A DNA stretch of 64,000 bases from an uncultured virus (IMG/VR IMGVR_UViG_3300037295_000360) (taxonomy: Duplodnaviria; Heunggongvirae; Uroviricota; Caudoviricetes). The notes under the pieces were generated by a model, which saw nothing but the letters and a program-made list of their open reading frames with translations, made no database searches and had not been told where the DNA came from. The position numbers were made by a program, and so were the translations under genes. The stretch covers positions 1-64,000 of IMG/VR virus record IMGVR_UViG_3300037295_000360; one strand, 5' to 3'. The first letter of the stretch is position 1. Each line of letters begins with the position of its first letter. Positions 39,394 through 50,542 of this stretch are shown in pieces.

Positions 39394-40506
39394 ATGAATA
39401 AATTAGACACACAATACGTTGAATTATTACAAGAAATCCTTAATGATGGAATTAAAAAAGAAGACAGAACCGGAACTGGAACAACTTCTATATTTGGAAA
39501 ACAAATTAGACATAAAATGTCAGAAGGATTTCCAATCTTAACAACAAAGAAGGTTGCTTTTAAAACAATGACAACTGAACTTCTTTGGTTTTTAAAAGGA
39601 AGAACAGACTTGCGATATCTCCTAGAAAACAAATGTCGTATATGGACTGGTGATGCATATAAAGTATATGTTGATAATTATAATTTAGAAAATCCGGCAT
39701 TTAGTTCACCATATCCTCATCTCTTTAGTGAAGCTGAATTTGAAAAAGAAATCATGTCTAATGATTCATTTAATACACTGTTTGGCGATTTAGGTCCTAT
39801 TTATGGAAAACAATGGAGAGCATGGAACACTGGAGAAATAACAACCCTTGAACATAATGGACTACATACTTTAATTGGAGAAAAGGTTATAGATCAAATT
39901 AAAACATTAATATATGATTTAAGAACAAATCCTGATTCTAGAAGACTTATTGTAAGTGCATGGAATGTAAATTCTCTTCCACTAATGACATTACCACCTT
40001 GTCATTATGGATTTCAAATGTATACTAAGGAATTAACATATGAGGAAAGATACGATGTGTGGTTTTCTCGTAATTATGAAACAGGAATGGAACACAATTA
40101 CGATATTATTCCCGATTTCGATAATCAATATTATGAGATTACGCCTACAAGATCTATTTCATTAATGTGGAATCAAAGATCAGTTGATACCCTATTAGGT
40201 CTTCCTTTTAACATCGCATCATATGGATTGTTATTAGAGATTATTGCCAAAATGGTTAATATGATTCCAGATGAGTTAATTGGTAATCTAGGAGATACTC
40301 ATCTATATTCAAATCATATAGAACATGCAGTTACTCAAATAATTAGAGAACCTTTTAAATTACCGACACTTGGTATAAATTCAGGAAATAAAAATTGGCA
40401 TTTACTAAGTGTAGATGAAATTTTAGACACACTAGATAAAGATATTACATTCAAACTTAATAATTATAATTCTCATCCTGCAATAGCAGCACCCTTAAGT
40501 AACTAA
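39394..40506 (+). CDS. thyA: Thymidylate synthase
   Basis: DRTGTGT, ELLWFL.G, GPIYGKQWR, LPPCH, QRSVD.LGLPFNIASY, GDTHLY. Confidence 0.97.
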   Translation: MNKLDTQYVELLQEILNDGIKKEDRTGTGTTSIFGKQIRHKMSEGFPILTTKKVAFKTMTTELLWFLKGRTDLRYLLENKCRIWTGDAYKVYVDNYNLENPAFSSPYPHLFSEAEFEKEIMSNDSFNTLFGDLGPIYGKQWRAWNTGEITTLEHNGLHTLIGEKVIDQIKTLIYDLRTNPDSRRLIVSAWNVNSLPLMTLPPCHYGFQMYTKELTYEERYDVWFSRNYETGMEHNYDIIPDFDNQYYEITPTRSISLMWNQRSVDTLLGLPFNIASYGLLLEIIAKMVNMIPDELIGNLGDTHLYSNHIEHAVTQIIREPFKLPTLGINSGNKNWHLLSVDEILDTLDKDITFKLNNYNSHPAIAAPLSN

Positions 40507-40953
40507 ATATGGAAACACAGAAAATAATAGATTTAATGATAAAGTCATCAGACACGTGTCCATATAGTGGAATGTTGTCAAAGAGGGATAATTATATAGC
40601 TGCAATTGAATTAGCTGAATTATTTCATAAATTCGCAATAAGTGGAGACGATGAAAGTGCTTGCAACATTAATGTTAGTGAATGGAAGGTAGTATTATCT
40701 CAATTAAATCTCGAATTAACATTAGTTTAGAATGAGTAAAAAACCAAAAATAACAAAACAATATTATTTTGAAGCAATGGATCGAACATCTGTTCTATCT
40801 GATATGATTGATAGACATCTAATCCAACATCCGGTTTGTAAGCTAGATAAAGAAGTAGGAGGTTTAGTGGATGAGGCGGCAATGAAGCTATATGAGGCGT
40901 ATCAAATATTAGGACAACGTTATTTTGAAAGTAAAACAAAAGATATATAAATC

Positions 40954-41775
40954 ATGGATATATTTAAAAAATACAATGCATTTTCACTTGACAATTTAAA
41001 ATATACTGAAGTACCTTCGGTAAAACATCAATTTGAATTAGATTCACATGCAAGTCTTAATTTAATTAAGATCGACGAATGGAGTGCACCTGTGTATTTA
41101 TATCCATCAAACTCTTCAATTAATACTAGGAATGAATTATTAATAATGGCTGCCGAAATTCAGCAAAAATCCGCTAAGGATCAAATCGAGTACGTTAATA
41201 AATACAACGATGTTACTTCAGAATTTAGAAAATTATGCGAAAAAGAATATTTAATATTTCCGGAAACATATATTGACGATCTACTTGAAGAAGCAACTGA
41301 CATTATAATCAAGTTGAAATATAAGTATAATAGACCAAGACCATATCAGCTAGCACATGTGCTATGTATACCATTAAGATTTGATATAAAGGACTCTGCT
41401 AAATCTCCTAGTTTTCCAAGTGGACATGCTCTTCAAGGCAAATTAGCAGCAAATGTATTAAGTTTAATGTTTCCTGAATTAGAGCATAAATTTCAAAAAA
41501 TAGGAGCTAATGTTGCATATTCAAGATATATTGGAGCATTTCATTTTCCTTCAGATTTAGAATACGGTGCACTATTGGCAGATTGGTTAATGGACCATAT
41601 AGTATTACCTGATCAAATGGATGAAACTCCGACAATAGGCAAAAGAAATGATTTACCCAATATTACCCCTAATCCGATTCAACCAGGTAAGGGCGAGGAT
41701 GCTAGATTATTAAAAATAAGACAATTCAAAGGATCATTTGCAGATTATAAAAATTATTGGAATGATAGAATATGA
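40954..41775 (+). CDS. PAP2 family acid phosphatase
   Basis: K..YNRPRP, PSFPSGH, SR..G.HFPSD. Confidence 0.9.
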   Translation: MDIFKKYNAFSLDNLKYTEVPSVKHQFELDSHASLNLIKIDEWSAPVYLYPSNSSINTRNELLIMAAEIQQKSAKDQIEYVNKYNDVTSEFRKLCEKEYLIFPETYIDDLLEEATDIIIKLKYKYNRPRPYQLAHVLCIPLRFDIKDSAKSPSFPSGHALQGKLAANVLSLMFPELEHKFQKIGANVAYSRYIGAFHFPSDLEYGALLADWLMDHIVLPDQMDETPTIGKRNDLPNITPNPIQPGKGEDARLLKIRQFKGSFADYKNYWNDRI

Positions 41776-42086
41776 ATATGAATGAAATTGCATTAATAAC
41801 GTCAATACTTGTACATGAATGGGGATGGGCAATTGCCGTTGCAGTATTAACATTAGCAGCGAAGGACACTTTATCTAAAATCTTACTAGGTATTCAGTTT
41901 TTAGCAGGAAGTGATTTCAATATGGATGATATCGTTTATATAAATGGAATTAAAAAGGCAAGAATAGTCAGACAGGGTATCTGGAAAACTACATTTTTTC
42001 TTTACGATCATAATAGAAAATTCATAGTACCTAACGATAGGATATGGACACTAAATATAGAAAAGGAATTGCCAGATAGTAATTAA
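41772..42086 (+). CDS. Small MscS-like membrane protein
   Basis: KD.LS....G......F..DDIV.I.G....I.....KT......VPN. Confidence 0.6.
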   Translation: MNMNEIALITSILVHEWGWAIAVAVLTLAAKDTLSKILLGIQFLAGSDFNMDDIVYINGIKKARIVRQGIWKTTFFLYDHNRKFIVPNDRIWTLNIEKELPDSN

Positions 42087-42185
42087 TTCAGAAAAATCTA
42101 CATTTAACAAAGATTTAACACTCCGTATTTTTTAATGCGGAGTTTTTTGATTATATTTACATATATTAATCAACAAACATCTAAT

Positions 42186-42755
42186 ATGTTATATGTATAT
42201 TGTCAAGACTCTTTACAATTTAAACAAATACGAAAAAGATCATATGTAAAATGTGCATTAGTTTCATGTATATTGTTATCAGGATTCAGTTATCTAACGT
42301 ATTATAATGGTTCTAAAACAGCAATTGAAACTCTTACTGTTGAAGAAAGGATTACAATTGTACAAGAATCTGATAAATTTAGTCAACAAAAAATGGCAAC
42401 AATGATGCGAGATTTAAACATCAAATTTGCTTGGATTCCTATGGCTCAATCTATTCTCGAAACCGGACAATGGAAAAGCGATATCTTTCTGGAAAACAAT
42501 AACCTGTTTGGAATGAAAGAAGCAAAATCAAGAATTACAACAGCCATTGGTACCAATAAACATCATGCTGAATATGACACATGGAGAGAAAGTGTGTATG
42601 ATTATGCGTTTTATCAAAGTAGATATTTAAGTAAAATAAAGACAGAGGAGGCATACTATGAATATTTAAACGCAAGTTATGCAGAAGATCCTAACTATAC
42701 CATTAAAATAAAACAAATGGTAAAACGTAAAAATTTAAAGCAAATTTTTAAATAG
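42186..42755 (+). CDS. Membrane-anchored glucosaminidase (GH73-like)
   Basis: AQSILETG, NNLFGMK, YAEDPNY; start chosen downstream of the promoter cassette. Confidence 0.85.
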   Translation: MLYVYCQDSLQFKQIRKRSYVKCALVSCILLSGFSYLTYYNGSKTAIETLTVEERITIVQESDKFSQQKMATMMRDLNIKFAWIPMAQSILETGQWKSDIFLENNNLFGMKEAKSRITTAIGTNKHHAEYDTWRESVYDYAFYQSRYLSKIKTEEAYYEYLNASYAEDPNYTIKIKQMVKRKNLKQIFK

Positions 42756-42779
42756 ATATATAATAAAAAATATTAAACA

Positions 42780-43052
42780 ATGAATCATATTAAATTATAC
42801 GAAGAATACATTAGTGAAGCTAAAGGCAATTGGAGTAAAATAATGAAAGGTGTTAAGGATGGAAGCCAAACAGGACCATGGACATTAGTTGTTATTAAGG
42901 ATAAAAAGGTAGTTCATCAAGAATTAGTAAATGTTAGAGACATTATTCCTGCAAAATATGAATCAATTCGCGATATGAAGTTTACATATTATACAATATC
43001 TATAGAAGATAATGAAGGTAAGCAAGTTTATTCCGAATACATAAAATCATAA
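42780..43052 (+). CDS. KLFEEF-family protein
   Basis: MNHIKLYEEYISE. Confidence 0.7.
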   Translation: MNHIKLYEEYISEAKGNWSKIMKGVKDGSQTGPWTLVVIKDKKVVHQELVNVRDIIPAKYESIRDMKFTYYTISIEDNEGKQVYSEYIKS

Positions 43053-43063
43053 AAGAAATATAA

Positions 43064-43690
43064 ATGAAAAAAGTAAAATTATTCGAAGAGTTCATTTCTG
43101 AATATAAGAATGTTGCATATGATACTCAAATTTCAGGAGAATATGAACTAGTTATTGGTGCAAAGAAATATAACATTAACGTTGCAGGTTTTGAAAGAGA
43201 AGGAGATAAGACCGATAGCCTTTATCTAATGGATAACGATCCACAAAAAGAGATTATAGGTTCTGTTATTGTAAAGAACAGTGACATGATTAAAATGTCA
43301 AAGGGAACTAAGATAGATGTTTCAACGAGCAAAAATTTCATGAAAGGTACTTTAATAAAACTAAATGAAAACATTATAGTAGAGGGTAAAGTTGATTCTA
43401 CTAAATTGTATCCATTAAGGAAAACTGACAATCCAGAAAAATATTTGTCAGGTAAAACTGCAGATGAGTGGGTTGCACGTAATAGTGTTGATGACTTAAT
43501 AGATATATTCGGAAATAACATAGACATATCAAAGGGCGATGGTATAGCAATGTACCTATTAAATAATGGAAATGATGATGATTACATTTACAGAATTAGA
43601 AAAACAAATTTAAAAGGAACTAAATATTTTTACATTCCTTCGATTATTGATAAATCAAATCAATATGATGAAATACAATCAAGTTATTAA
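43064..43690 (+). CDS. KLFEEF-family protein
   Basis: MKKVKLFEEFISE. Confidence 0.7.
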   Translation: MKKVKLFEEFISEYKNVAYDTQISGEYELVIGAKKYNINVAGFEREGDKTDSLYLMDNDPQKEIIGSVIVKNSDMIKMSKGTKIDVSTSKNFMKGTLIKLNENIIVEGKVDSTKLYPLRKTDNPEKYLSGKTADEWVARNSVDDLIDIFGNNIDISKGDGIAMYLLNNGNDDDYIYRIRKTNLKGTKYFYIPSIIDKSNQYDEIQSSY

Positions 43691-43693
43691 ATT

Positions 43694-44041
43694 ATGAAAA
43701 AAGTAAAATTATTTGAAGAGTTCAATAGTGATTCCAAATCAGCTAAAATATTTCATGATAATGATTTTTTAGGAATGAAAGCAAAAGAGGCTAATATGAC
43801 TAGAGAAGAATGGATTGCACGTTATGGTACTTCTACAATTGGATCTGGAATTGACGAAGCCAAAGAATCAATGTACGTTGTTACGTTCTGGGATTCTAAC
43901 GACAATGACACAGATTTTGATGTTTTAGCAAAATCACCTAAAGATGCAATTGAACTTGTAAAGACAGGAAAGGCTAAAGGTCCATTCAATCAAGGAATTC
44001 CACGTGGAGCAAGAAACTTTACTGCGATGCCAAAGAAATAA
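43694..44041 (+). CDS. KLFEEF-family protein
   Basis: MKKVKLFEEF. Confidence 0.7.
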   Translation: MKKVKLFEEFNSDSKSAKIFHDNDFLGMKAKEANMTREEWIARYGTSTIGSGIDEAKESMYVVTFWDSNDNDTDFDVLAKSPKDAIELVKTGKAKGPFNQGIPRGARNFTAMPKK

Positions 44042-44112
44042 TACATTTTACATAAGTATACCATTTAATGGGTCTTTTTAGTCTGATATATACATTAGAC
44101 TAAAAAGACCCA

Positions 44113-44508
44113 TTGACATTTATAATGATACCAGAAAGAAGCCCACAAGACATGATTATTGAACTATATGATCTCTTTTCTTCGTTTAAAAGAAGAATAG
44201 AAGATCCTAATTATGTTCAGATAGAAAATACCTTAGAAAAACTGGTAGAAAACCAGAATGAAATGAAGACGGAAATCAGAGAAATTAAAAAACAATTACT
44301 AAGTCCATATGATGGTGTAATTGTTGAAAACAAGAAAAACTCTGAATTTAGAGAATCCCAAGAATCTCTATTAAGTGAAAGAAAAAAAATAGCAGAAGAA
44401 CATGAAGATCTTGTTCGCTGGAAAAATTCAGTAAACAAAATATTAATTGCAATATTGACAGCTAGTGGTGCAATAATAACATTTTTCCTAAGCAAATATA
44501 TTGTATAA
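44113..44508 (+). CDS. Coiled-coil protein with C-terminal TM helix
   Basis: Heptad pattern then ILIAILTASGAIITFFL. Confidence 0.6.
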   Translation: MTFIMIPERSPQDMIIELYDLFSSFKRRIEDPNYVQIENTLEKLVENQNEMKTEIREIKKQLLSPYDGVIVENKKNSEFRESQESLLSERKKIAEEHEDLVRWKNSVNKILIAILTASGAIITFFLSKYIV

Positions 44509-44510
44509 TT

Positions 44511-45020
44511 ATGACAAATAGAATATCTTTGAATATAGCTCTTAAGCATTTAAATGTGTTTGAAAGAAATGAAGGATTAATAACAAATATTTTGTTTTCT
44601 ATTAGAAATAATATGAACGATAATATTATATCAGCGGGTCCATTTGAAGACATTAATATGCTTCATGAATATATTAAAATATTTACACAACCCAGCAAAA
44701 AGGACCTCGGCTGTTCACCTCTTCTTTTATTTGAATTAAAAAAATTCACAATATTTAATAACAACACTAACCGAAATCTAGTCTATAACACAGATGGTAT
44801 TTTTATTACTAAAAGCAGTAATATTAGCCTACCATCTATGTTAGGATTAAACACTGTATATTTTCAAGATTTCAAAGAAGTAAAAAATATATACACTAAA
44901 CTTAATGTTTCCGAGTATATTCTTAAGCAAATAACGTATATTGAATGTGGATATCTAGAAGGATACAATAAGGAAGATCTAGAATATTTACAAAAACTAT
45001 ATAATAAATATAATCAATAA
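44511..45020 (+). CDS. Hypothetical protein
   Basis: ORF in an operon. Confidence 0.55.
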   Translation: MTNRISLNIALKHLNVFERNEGLITNILFSIRNNMNDNIISAGPFEDINMLHEYIKIFTQPSKKDLGCSPLLLFELKKFTIFNNNTNRNLVYNTDGIFITKSSNISLPSMLGLNTVYFQDFKEVKNIYTKLNVSEYILKQITYIECGYLEGYNKEDLEYLQKLYNKYNQ

Positions 45021-45022
45021 AA

Positions 45023-46939
45023 ATGGCACAAGACAATTTACAAGACTCTAATATGAGAGGACCTGCTGGAAAATATGCTCCAAAATATCCGGGTTCACTT
45101 GGTAGATCATTATTTCACACTGAAATGGATTATAATTTAGATCTCATTGGTCAAGTTATTAATGGATATAGAGTAATGGGTAGCAATGTTGACGGAACTG
45201 TTAATACTGACAATGATATATCAAAGGTTCTTACATTGTATAGAGTTCTTTCTACTGATACTATATTAATACAGGCAGGCGCACTAGTAGGTGATATCGT
45301 TTGGAAGATAATAAATAGAGATGTATTTAATGGAATGCAAGGTAATATTGGGTTTCAAGGTGACAGGGGTTTTCAAGGTGACAGGGGTTTTCAAGGGTTT
45401 CAAGGTCTTAAGGGAGATCAAGGTTTTCAAGGTCTTAAGGGAGATCAAGGTTCTTTAGGTCTTAAGGGAGATCAAGGTTTTCAAGGAATTGCAGGAGTTC
45501 AAGGAGTTCAAGGTTTTCAAGGAAGCATAGGTGTTCAAGGTCTTAAAGGAGATCAAGGTGTTCAAGGTCTTAAAGGAGATCAAGGTTTTCAAGGAATTAC
45601 AGGAGTTCAAGGTCTTAAAGGAGATCAAGGTTTTCAAGGAATTACAGGAGTTCAAGGTTTTCAAGGAAGCATAGGTTTTCAAGGAAGCATAGGTGTTCAA
45701 GGTCTTAAAGGAGATCAAGGTTTTCAAGGTCTTAAAGGAGATCAAGGTTTTCAAGGAAGCATAGGTACTCAAGGTATTAAAGGAGATCAAGGTTTTCAAG
45801 GAAGCATAGGTACACAAGGTTTTAAAGGAGATCAAGGATTAGTTGGACCTCAAGGTTTTAAAGGAGATCAAGGATTAGTTGGACCTCAAGGTTTTAAAGG
45901 AGATCAAGGATTGGTTGGACCTCAAGGTTTTAAAGGAGATCAAGGATTAGTTGGACCTCAAGGTTTTAAAGGAGATCAAGGAAATCCTGGTTTTCAAGGA
46001 AATACTGGACCTTCAGCTTCATTATCAATTATTAATAACGTAGATAACAGATTAGTAACAGCAACTGGAAACTCAAGCCAGCCATTAGCGGGAGAAGATA
46101 ATTTAACATTTGATGGTAGTAAGTTAGATCTTAATGGAAAAATGACAATTTCACAAAACAACCTAACAGATCAGGCTACTATTGCATGGAATTTAAATCT
46201 AGGATCTAATGCTAAGGTAACACTTGGAGGAAATAGATCATTAAGTATTTCAAATGTAGTTACTGGTGATACTGGAGTAATTCTTGTAAAACAGAATGCT
46301 AGTCAATCATACACTATGTCATTACCACCTGGATCTATCATAATAGGAGGAGGTGGATATACTACTTCAACTCAACTAGGTGTTGTAGATGTTTTAGGAT
46401 TTTATTTCGATGGAAATAATTATTATTGGAGCACTCCAGTAAACAATGAGCAAATTCTTACTAATAGTTATAGATTATTCAATAATCAATCAATAGGTAA
46501 TAACAATGGAGATTACATATATTTTAATTCAGTAGCCAGTGCAATACAGGGATATATTAATGACAATATTGTTATGACATTATCTGATACAGGAGATTTT
46601 CAGGTTTCGGGTGACATTACGGCGTTCTCTACTTCGATGTCAGACATACGATTAAAGGATAATATTACAACAGTATCTAATGCATTGGATAAAGTCAAGG
46701 CAATGAGAGGAGTTGAATATGATTGGAATGCTGGTTCTAGAAAAGGACAACATGACATAGGATTAATCGCACAAGAAGTTGAAAAGGTAATTCCTGACAT
46801 TGTTAGAGAGAAAGAATTACCGTTCATAGATGACAGTGGAACTAAATATAAAACAATAGATTATGAAAAAATTATAGCTATATTAATAGAAGCAATTAAA
46901 GATCAACAAATACAAATAGACGAATTAAAAAAGAAATGA
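45023..46939 (+). CDS. Tail fibre with collagen-like Gly-X-Y repeats and C-terminal peptidase S74 chaperone
   Basis: About 75 GXY triplets; SDIRLKDNI..G.IAQEVE..P..V..YEKI.A.LIEAIK. Confidence 0.9.
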   Translation: MAQDNLQDSNMRGPAGKYAPKYPGSLGRSLFHTEMDYNLDLIGQVINGYRVMGSNVDGTVNTDNDISKVLTLYRVLSTDTILIQAGALVGDIVWKIINRDVFNGMQGNIGFQGDRGFQGDRGFQGFQGLKGDQGFQGLKGDQGSLGLKGDQGFQGIAGVQGVQGFQGSIGVQGLKGDQGVQGLKGDQGFQGITGVQGLKGDQGFQGITGVQGFQGSIGFQGSIGVQGLKGDQGFQGLKGDQGFQGSIGTQGIKGDQGFQGSIGTQGFKGDQGLVGPQGFKGDQGLVGPQGFKGDQGLVGPQGFKGDQGLVGPQGFKGDQGNPGFQGNTGPSASLSIINNVDNRLVTATGNSSQPLAGEDNLTFDGSKLDLNGKMTISQNNLTDQATIAWNLNLGSNAKVTLGGNRSLSISNVVTGDTGVILVKQNASQSYTMSLPPGSIIIGGGGYTTSTQLGVVDVLGFYFDGNNYYWSTPVNNEQILTNSYRLFNNQSIGNNNGDYIYFNSVASAIQGYINDNIVMTLSDTGDFQVSGDITAFSTSMSDIRLKDNITTVSNALDKVKAMRGVEYDWNAGSRKGQHDIGLIAQEVEKVIPDIVREKELPFIDDSGTKYKTIDYEKIIAILIEAIKDQQIQIDELKKK

Positions 46940-47553
46940 GTAACGTAAATTTTTTTAGGATGTTACGTAGGGCAAATGGAACAGGTTCAGCTACTGAGTT
47001 TGTCTTTGTTTCTGAATGGGTCATGGTAACTTATGAATTTAATGATGGAACTGATTTAGACACTAGAACTCGAGTAGTGACACCTGATGTTGGTCAAACC
47101 TCAATAGGTACTTATTTAGGCTTCGGTGTACAATCGCAGTGGCCATCAACTTCACCTTATTTGACATGGGGACTAGATAATACTGGTAATGGATTTGAGT
47201 CGGTTTTATTTGATGTGACACAATACAGGGCAGCATATCCTTCATCTAATAACATTATAATGGACCTTAGGGCATTTTGGTATGGTACAAAGGGACAGCT
47301 TCCTGTTAACATTGATGTTACACTATGGAAAGGAGGTACGCCTACTAAAGCATCCGGTGCATATGTTTGGACAAATCCGACTGCTAATGAAGCGTTTAAT
47401 GTTGCATCAGTTGGTAAGTTAATTACACTAAATACTACTAATAATGATTCACAAACAGGTACACAGGGTGAAAGAGTAGCTACTTTAAGTTACGATGTAA
47501 TAAACGGAATAGGGACATTAGATGCAAACGATCAGAATACTCCAATCATATAG
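46936..47553 (+). CDS. Putative tail-fibre-associated protein
   Basis: Coupled to the fibre gene; DG.DLDTRT, WG.DN.G.G.E. Confidence 0.55.
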   Translation: MSNVNFFRMLRRANGTGSATEFVFVSEWVMVTYEFNDGTDLDTRTRVVTPDVGQTSIGTYLGFGVQSQWPSTSPYLTWGLDNTGNGFESVLFDVTQYRAAYPSSNNIIMDLRAFWYGTKGQLPVNIDVTLWKGGTPTKASGAYVWTNPTANEAFNVASVGKLITLNTTNNDSQTGTQGERVATLSYDVINGIGTLDANDQNTPII

Positions 47554-47652
47554 TTAACACTCTAATTACTAATATAAAAAGAACCCTATATGGGGTTCTT
47601 TTTTATTTTAAACATTATGACATATTATGATATAAATTAAAAGAAAAATATT

Positions 47653-48303
47653 ATGGGTAGGAGTAAATATGATTCATTATCATCTAAAATTGTACAAAAA
47701 ACAATTAAAACATGGAAAAAAGACTACACTATCTCTCCGGATAACTTTTCAAATTACAGTATAAATATCGATACCAAAAATCTAATATTTGATTTTAATG
47801 CTAGATTATTTTTCACAAACGAAAAGGGTATTATCGTACTTGATTCAACTGGAGCTGATGGTAGAGAACTAGATGAAAATGAATGTTATCAAACACCTTT
47901 TATTGATATAAACATTAATATTAATCCTGAATGGCTACCTGATCAATGGAGCACTCTTTATTTTCTATTATGTGATATAGTTCGTCATGAAATAGAACAC
48001 ATCACACAGGAAGGCGAATCAATACATAACTACAAGAATGGAAAACCATATGACGATGACTCTGATCATCGTCATATGATTAAAATGAATTTGATTCCAT
48101 CATACTTATATTATATATTACCCAAAGAAATAGACGCAAACTTACAAGGATTAAGATTTGAAGGAAAAAAGAGAAGAGAAAGCATGCTAACATCAGTCAC
48201 TCGATATCTGAATAAGCAAGGATTAACTGCAAGTGAGAAGAAGCAAATTCTAATAGCATGGAGAAAAAGAGCTATTAAAATAGGAGGAATTCCTAAATTT
48301 TAA
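47653..48303 (+). CDS. Zincin-like (HExxH) protein
   Basis: RHEIEHITQ...Y....EIDA. Confidence 0.65.
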   Translation: MGRSKYDSLSSKIVQKTIKTWKKDYTISPDNFSNYSINIDTKNLIFDFNARLFFTNEKGIIVLDSTGADGRELDENECYQTPFIDINININPEWLPDQWSTLYFLLCDIVRHEIEHITQEGESIHNYKNGKPYDDDSDHRHMIKMNLIPSYLYYILPKEIDANLQGLRFEGKKRRESMLTSVTRYLNKQGLTASEKKQILIAWRKRAIKIGGIPKF

Positions 48304-48367
48304 AATAAGCGTTAAAATATTTTTATACTTAATGAAAAATGATTATATTTACTTAAATATATAATAT

Positions 48368-48916
48368 ATGAACGAAAAATACAGTACAACAAAGATTTTG
48401 ATATTTGATATAGACGACACTATATTAATTACATCAGCGAAAATCAAGGTAACTGATCCTAAAACAGATAAGACATATGAGTTAACACCAGAGGAATTTA
48501 ATTCATATGAAAAGAATCAACGGCATATAATTAACTTTGATCAATTTAAGTCGATTGAAATAATGAAAGCAGGAAAGATCATTGACAAATATTTTAGTGT
48601 ACTTACTAGGAATTATAACAAAGGTATTGCAATTGGAGTAATTACAGCACGAGATAATAGAGAAATGATCTATGAATTTTTTAGATTTCATTTAGGATTC
48701 CATATTGACAAAAAATTTATATGGGCGGTCAATGATCCTGTGCATGGTTTAGTAGGAAACATACAAGAAAGAAAACAAGGGGCAATGCGATGGTTTATTG
48801 ATGAAGGTTACACTGACATCACTTTCTTTGATGATGATAAGAATAATATAAAACTAATAAAACAATTAGAGAGTGAACTAGGAACACCTATTAAAACACA
48901 TCTAGTAAAACAATAA
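48368..48916 (+). CDS. HAD-superfamily phosphatase
   Basis: FDIDDT, ITAR, K, FFDDD..N. Confidence 0.8.
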   Translation: MNEKYSTTKILIFDIDDTILITSAKIKVTDPKTDKTYELTPEEFNSYEKNQRHIINFDQFKSIEIMKAGKIIDKYFSVLTRNYNKGIAIGVITARDNREMIYEFFRFHLGFHIDKKFIWAVNDPVHGLVGNIQERKQGAMRWFIDEGYTDITFFDDDKNNIKLIKQLESELGTPIKTHLVKQ

Positions 48917-48923
48917 TAAAAAT

Positions 48924-50369
48924 ATGGGAACAATAGGAGATTTTAAAGCAAGGTTTGATATTGCAATGAATGAAAATTCAAGAACTATAGAGGGACAGAT
49001 ATTGGATCCATTATCAAGGATTTTAGGCAAAGGGCGTATTAATTCTAAAAATGGAAATAAAGATATTAGATTTGATTTAGGAGGAGACACTAAAACTGCA
49101 ACCAATAAAATAGAAAAAGCTCTCAATACACTTAAAATTAGCAATTCGATACAATTAGCAATGCCTGGTGATTATTCTAATGGAGCAAACTCCGGAAAGT
49201 TTTACACATACACCGTAACGCTAACTGAACCATATATTAATGGAAAGGTAACAATGAATCCTGGTGAATCATTTAAAATAGTAGATAACAACCCACCTAA
49301 AGGTTCTATTAAGTCTAAAGAATTAACTCCTACTAATCTCAAAATACCAGAAGATTTAGATATGAATCTAAGCACATTAGGCGGATATGTTACGTCAAGC
49401 ATTGAGAGAATATATGGAAAATCAAATCCATATCTAAATTCTATGTTATCCGAATTGTATATCTTAGTAGCAGATTACGTGCCTTCTAGCTCATTTAAAA
49501 ATCCCAACGAAATAGAAAGTTTTAATGAGAATATCAAATATACTGCAAATATTAAAGAAGGAATAGATGTATTAGGGCCTGCTGATTTAAATACAATAGG
49601 TAAAGATTTTGGAGAAATATTAGGAGCTGCCCTGATGTTAAATATTGTTAATTACACAAATGGAATTAAATTTCCTTCAGGTAATAATCCATTAATAGAT
49701 TTTTACATTGATGGATATGGGATATCTTCAAAATACAAAAGCGGAGCAGCACCTACGCTTACTAATATCATTAAAGACTTAAAACCTGAGCAATTTACAT
49801 TAGATGGTGAATCTCAACTCTATAATTTATTTAAAATAATAGAGACAAACTCAGTTGTAAATGGATATCTCAAGGGGGCTGAATTCATGAATCTGCCATC
49901 TGTATTAAAGCTTAAAGAAATTACTAAATTAAAAAATATAGATCAAGGTACAATTGAAACGTTTATTCAAAATGGTATTTTAGCAATGGGAAAAGAAGAA
50001 TTCTTTTACAAATTTGTTGAACCTGTAAATTTAGCAGCAGGTAGAGGTAGTAGTTTTAGTAGAATTGACTGGGCTAAGCTTAAATTAAGTAATAAATATG
50101 TAGGTCTTTTTTCATATCCACTAACAATGAATCTTATTGATAAATTAAACGGAAAACTAGGAGATGGAGATCTGTATATTAATACACTTAGGACTATAGT
50201 CTCTAAACTAGAGGTAAAGCAATTATATATGGATGTAAATTTAAAAACAGAGGAAATACTCTTTTATCTTAAAGGGTTTAATGATACTGATTCAAATATA
50301 ACATTCGAGGCTCCTAATGTTTCTACACCGAATCCAGGAAACGGAAAGCTTGGATTCAAAATGAAATAA
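48924..50369 (+). CDS. Large hypothetical protein, possible PD-(D/E)XK-like core
   Basis: DFGE, FP..NNPLIDF...GISSK. Confidence 0.5.
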   Translation: MGTIGDFKARFDIAMNENSRTIEGQILDPLSRILGKGRINSKNGNKDIRFDLGGDTKTATNKIEKALNTLKISNSIQLAMPGDYSNGANSGKFYTYTVTLTEPYINGKVTMNPGESFKIVDNNPPKGSIKSKELTPTNLKIPEDLDMNLSTLGGYVTSSIERIYGKSNPYLNSMLSELYILVADYVPSSSFKNPNEIESFNENIKYTANIKEGIDVLGPADLNTIGKDFGEILGAALMLNIVNYTNGIKFPSGNNPLIDFYIDGYGISSKYKSGAAPTLTNIIKDLKPEQFTLDGESQLYNLFKIIETNSVVNGYLKGAEFMNLPSVLKLKEITKLKNIDQGTIETFIQNGILAMGKEEFFYKFVEPVNLAAGRGSSFSRIDWAKLKLSNKYVGLFSYPLTMNLIDKLNGKLGDGDLYINTLRTIVSKLEVKQLYMDVNLKTEEILFYLKGFNDTDSNITFEAPNVSTPNPGNGKLGFKMK

Positions 50370-50542
50370 AATGACTAAGATAGAACATATTAAGTATATT
50401 GACACAGGGGAAGTCCCCTCCTATTTTTTAATAGAAATAATGGAATATATAAAGAAAGGCAAGCAGTTAACACCGATGCATATACAAGTATATATGAGTC
50501 ACTCGTCTGTTATAGAAAAAATAATTAAAAATAATAATATAA

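Noticed and set aside
39394..40506. Intron or intein in thyA
   Set aside because: ORF is continuous; the extra length comes from short insertions without splicing motifs
45330..46010. DNA repeat element or minus-strand ORF 45455-45835
   Set aside because: Explained by collagen Gly-X-Y coding in the tail fibre
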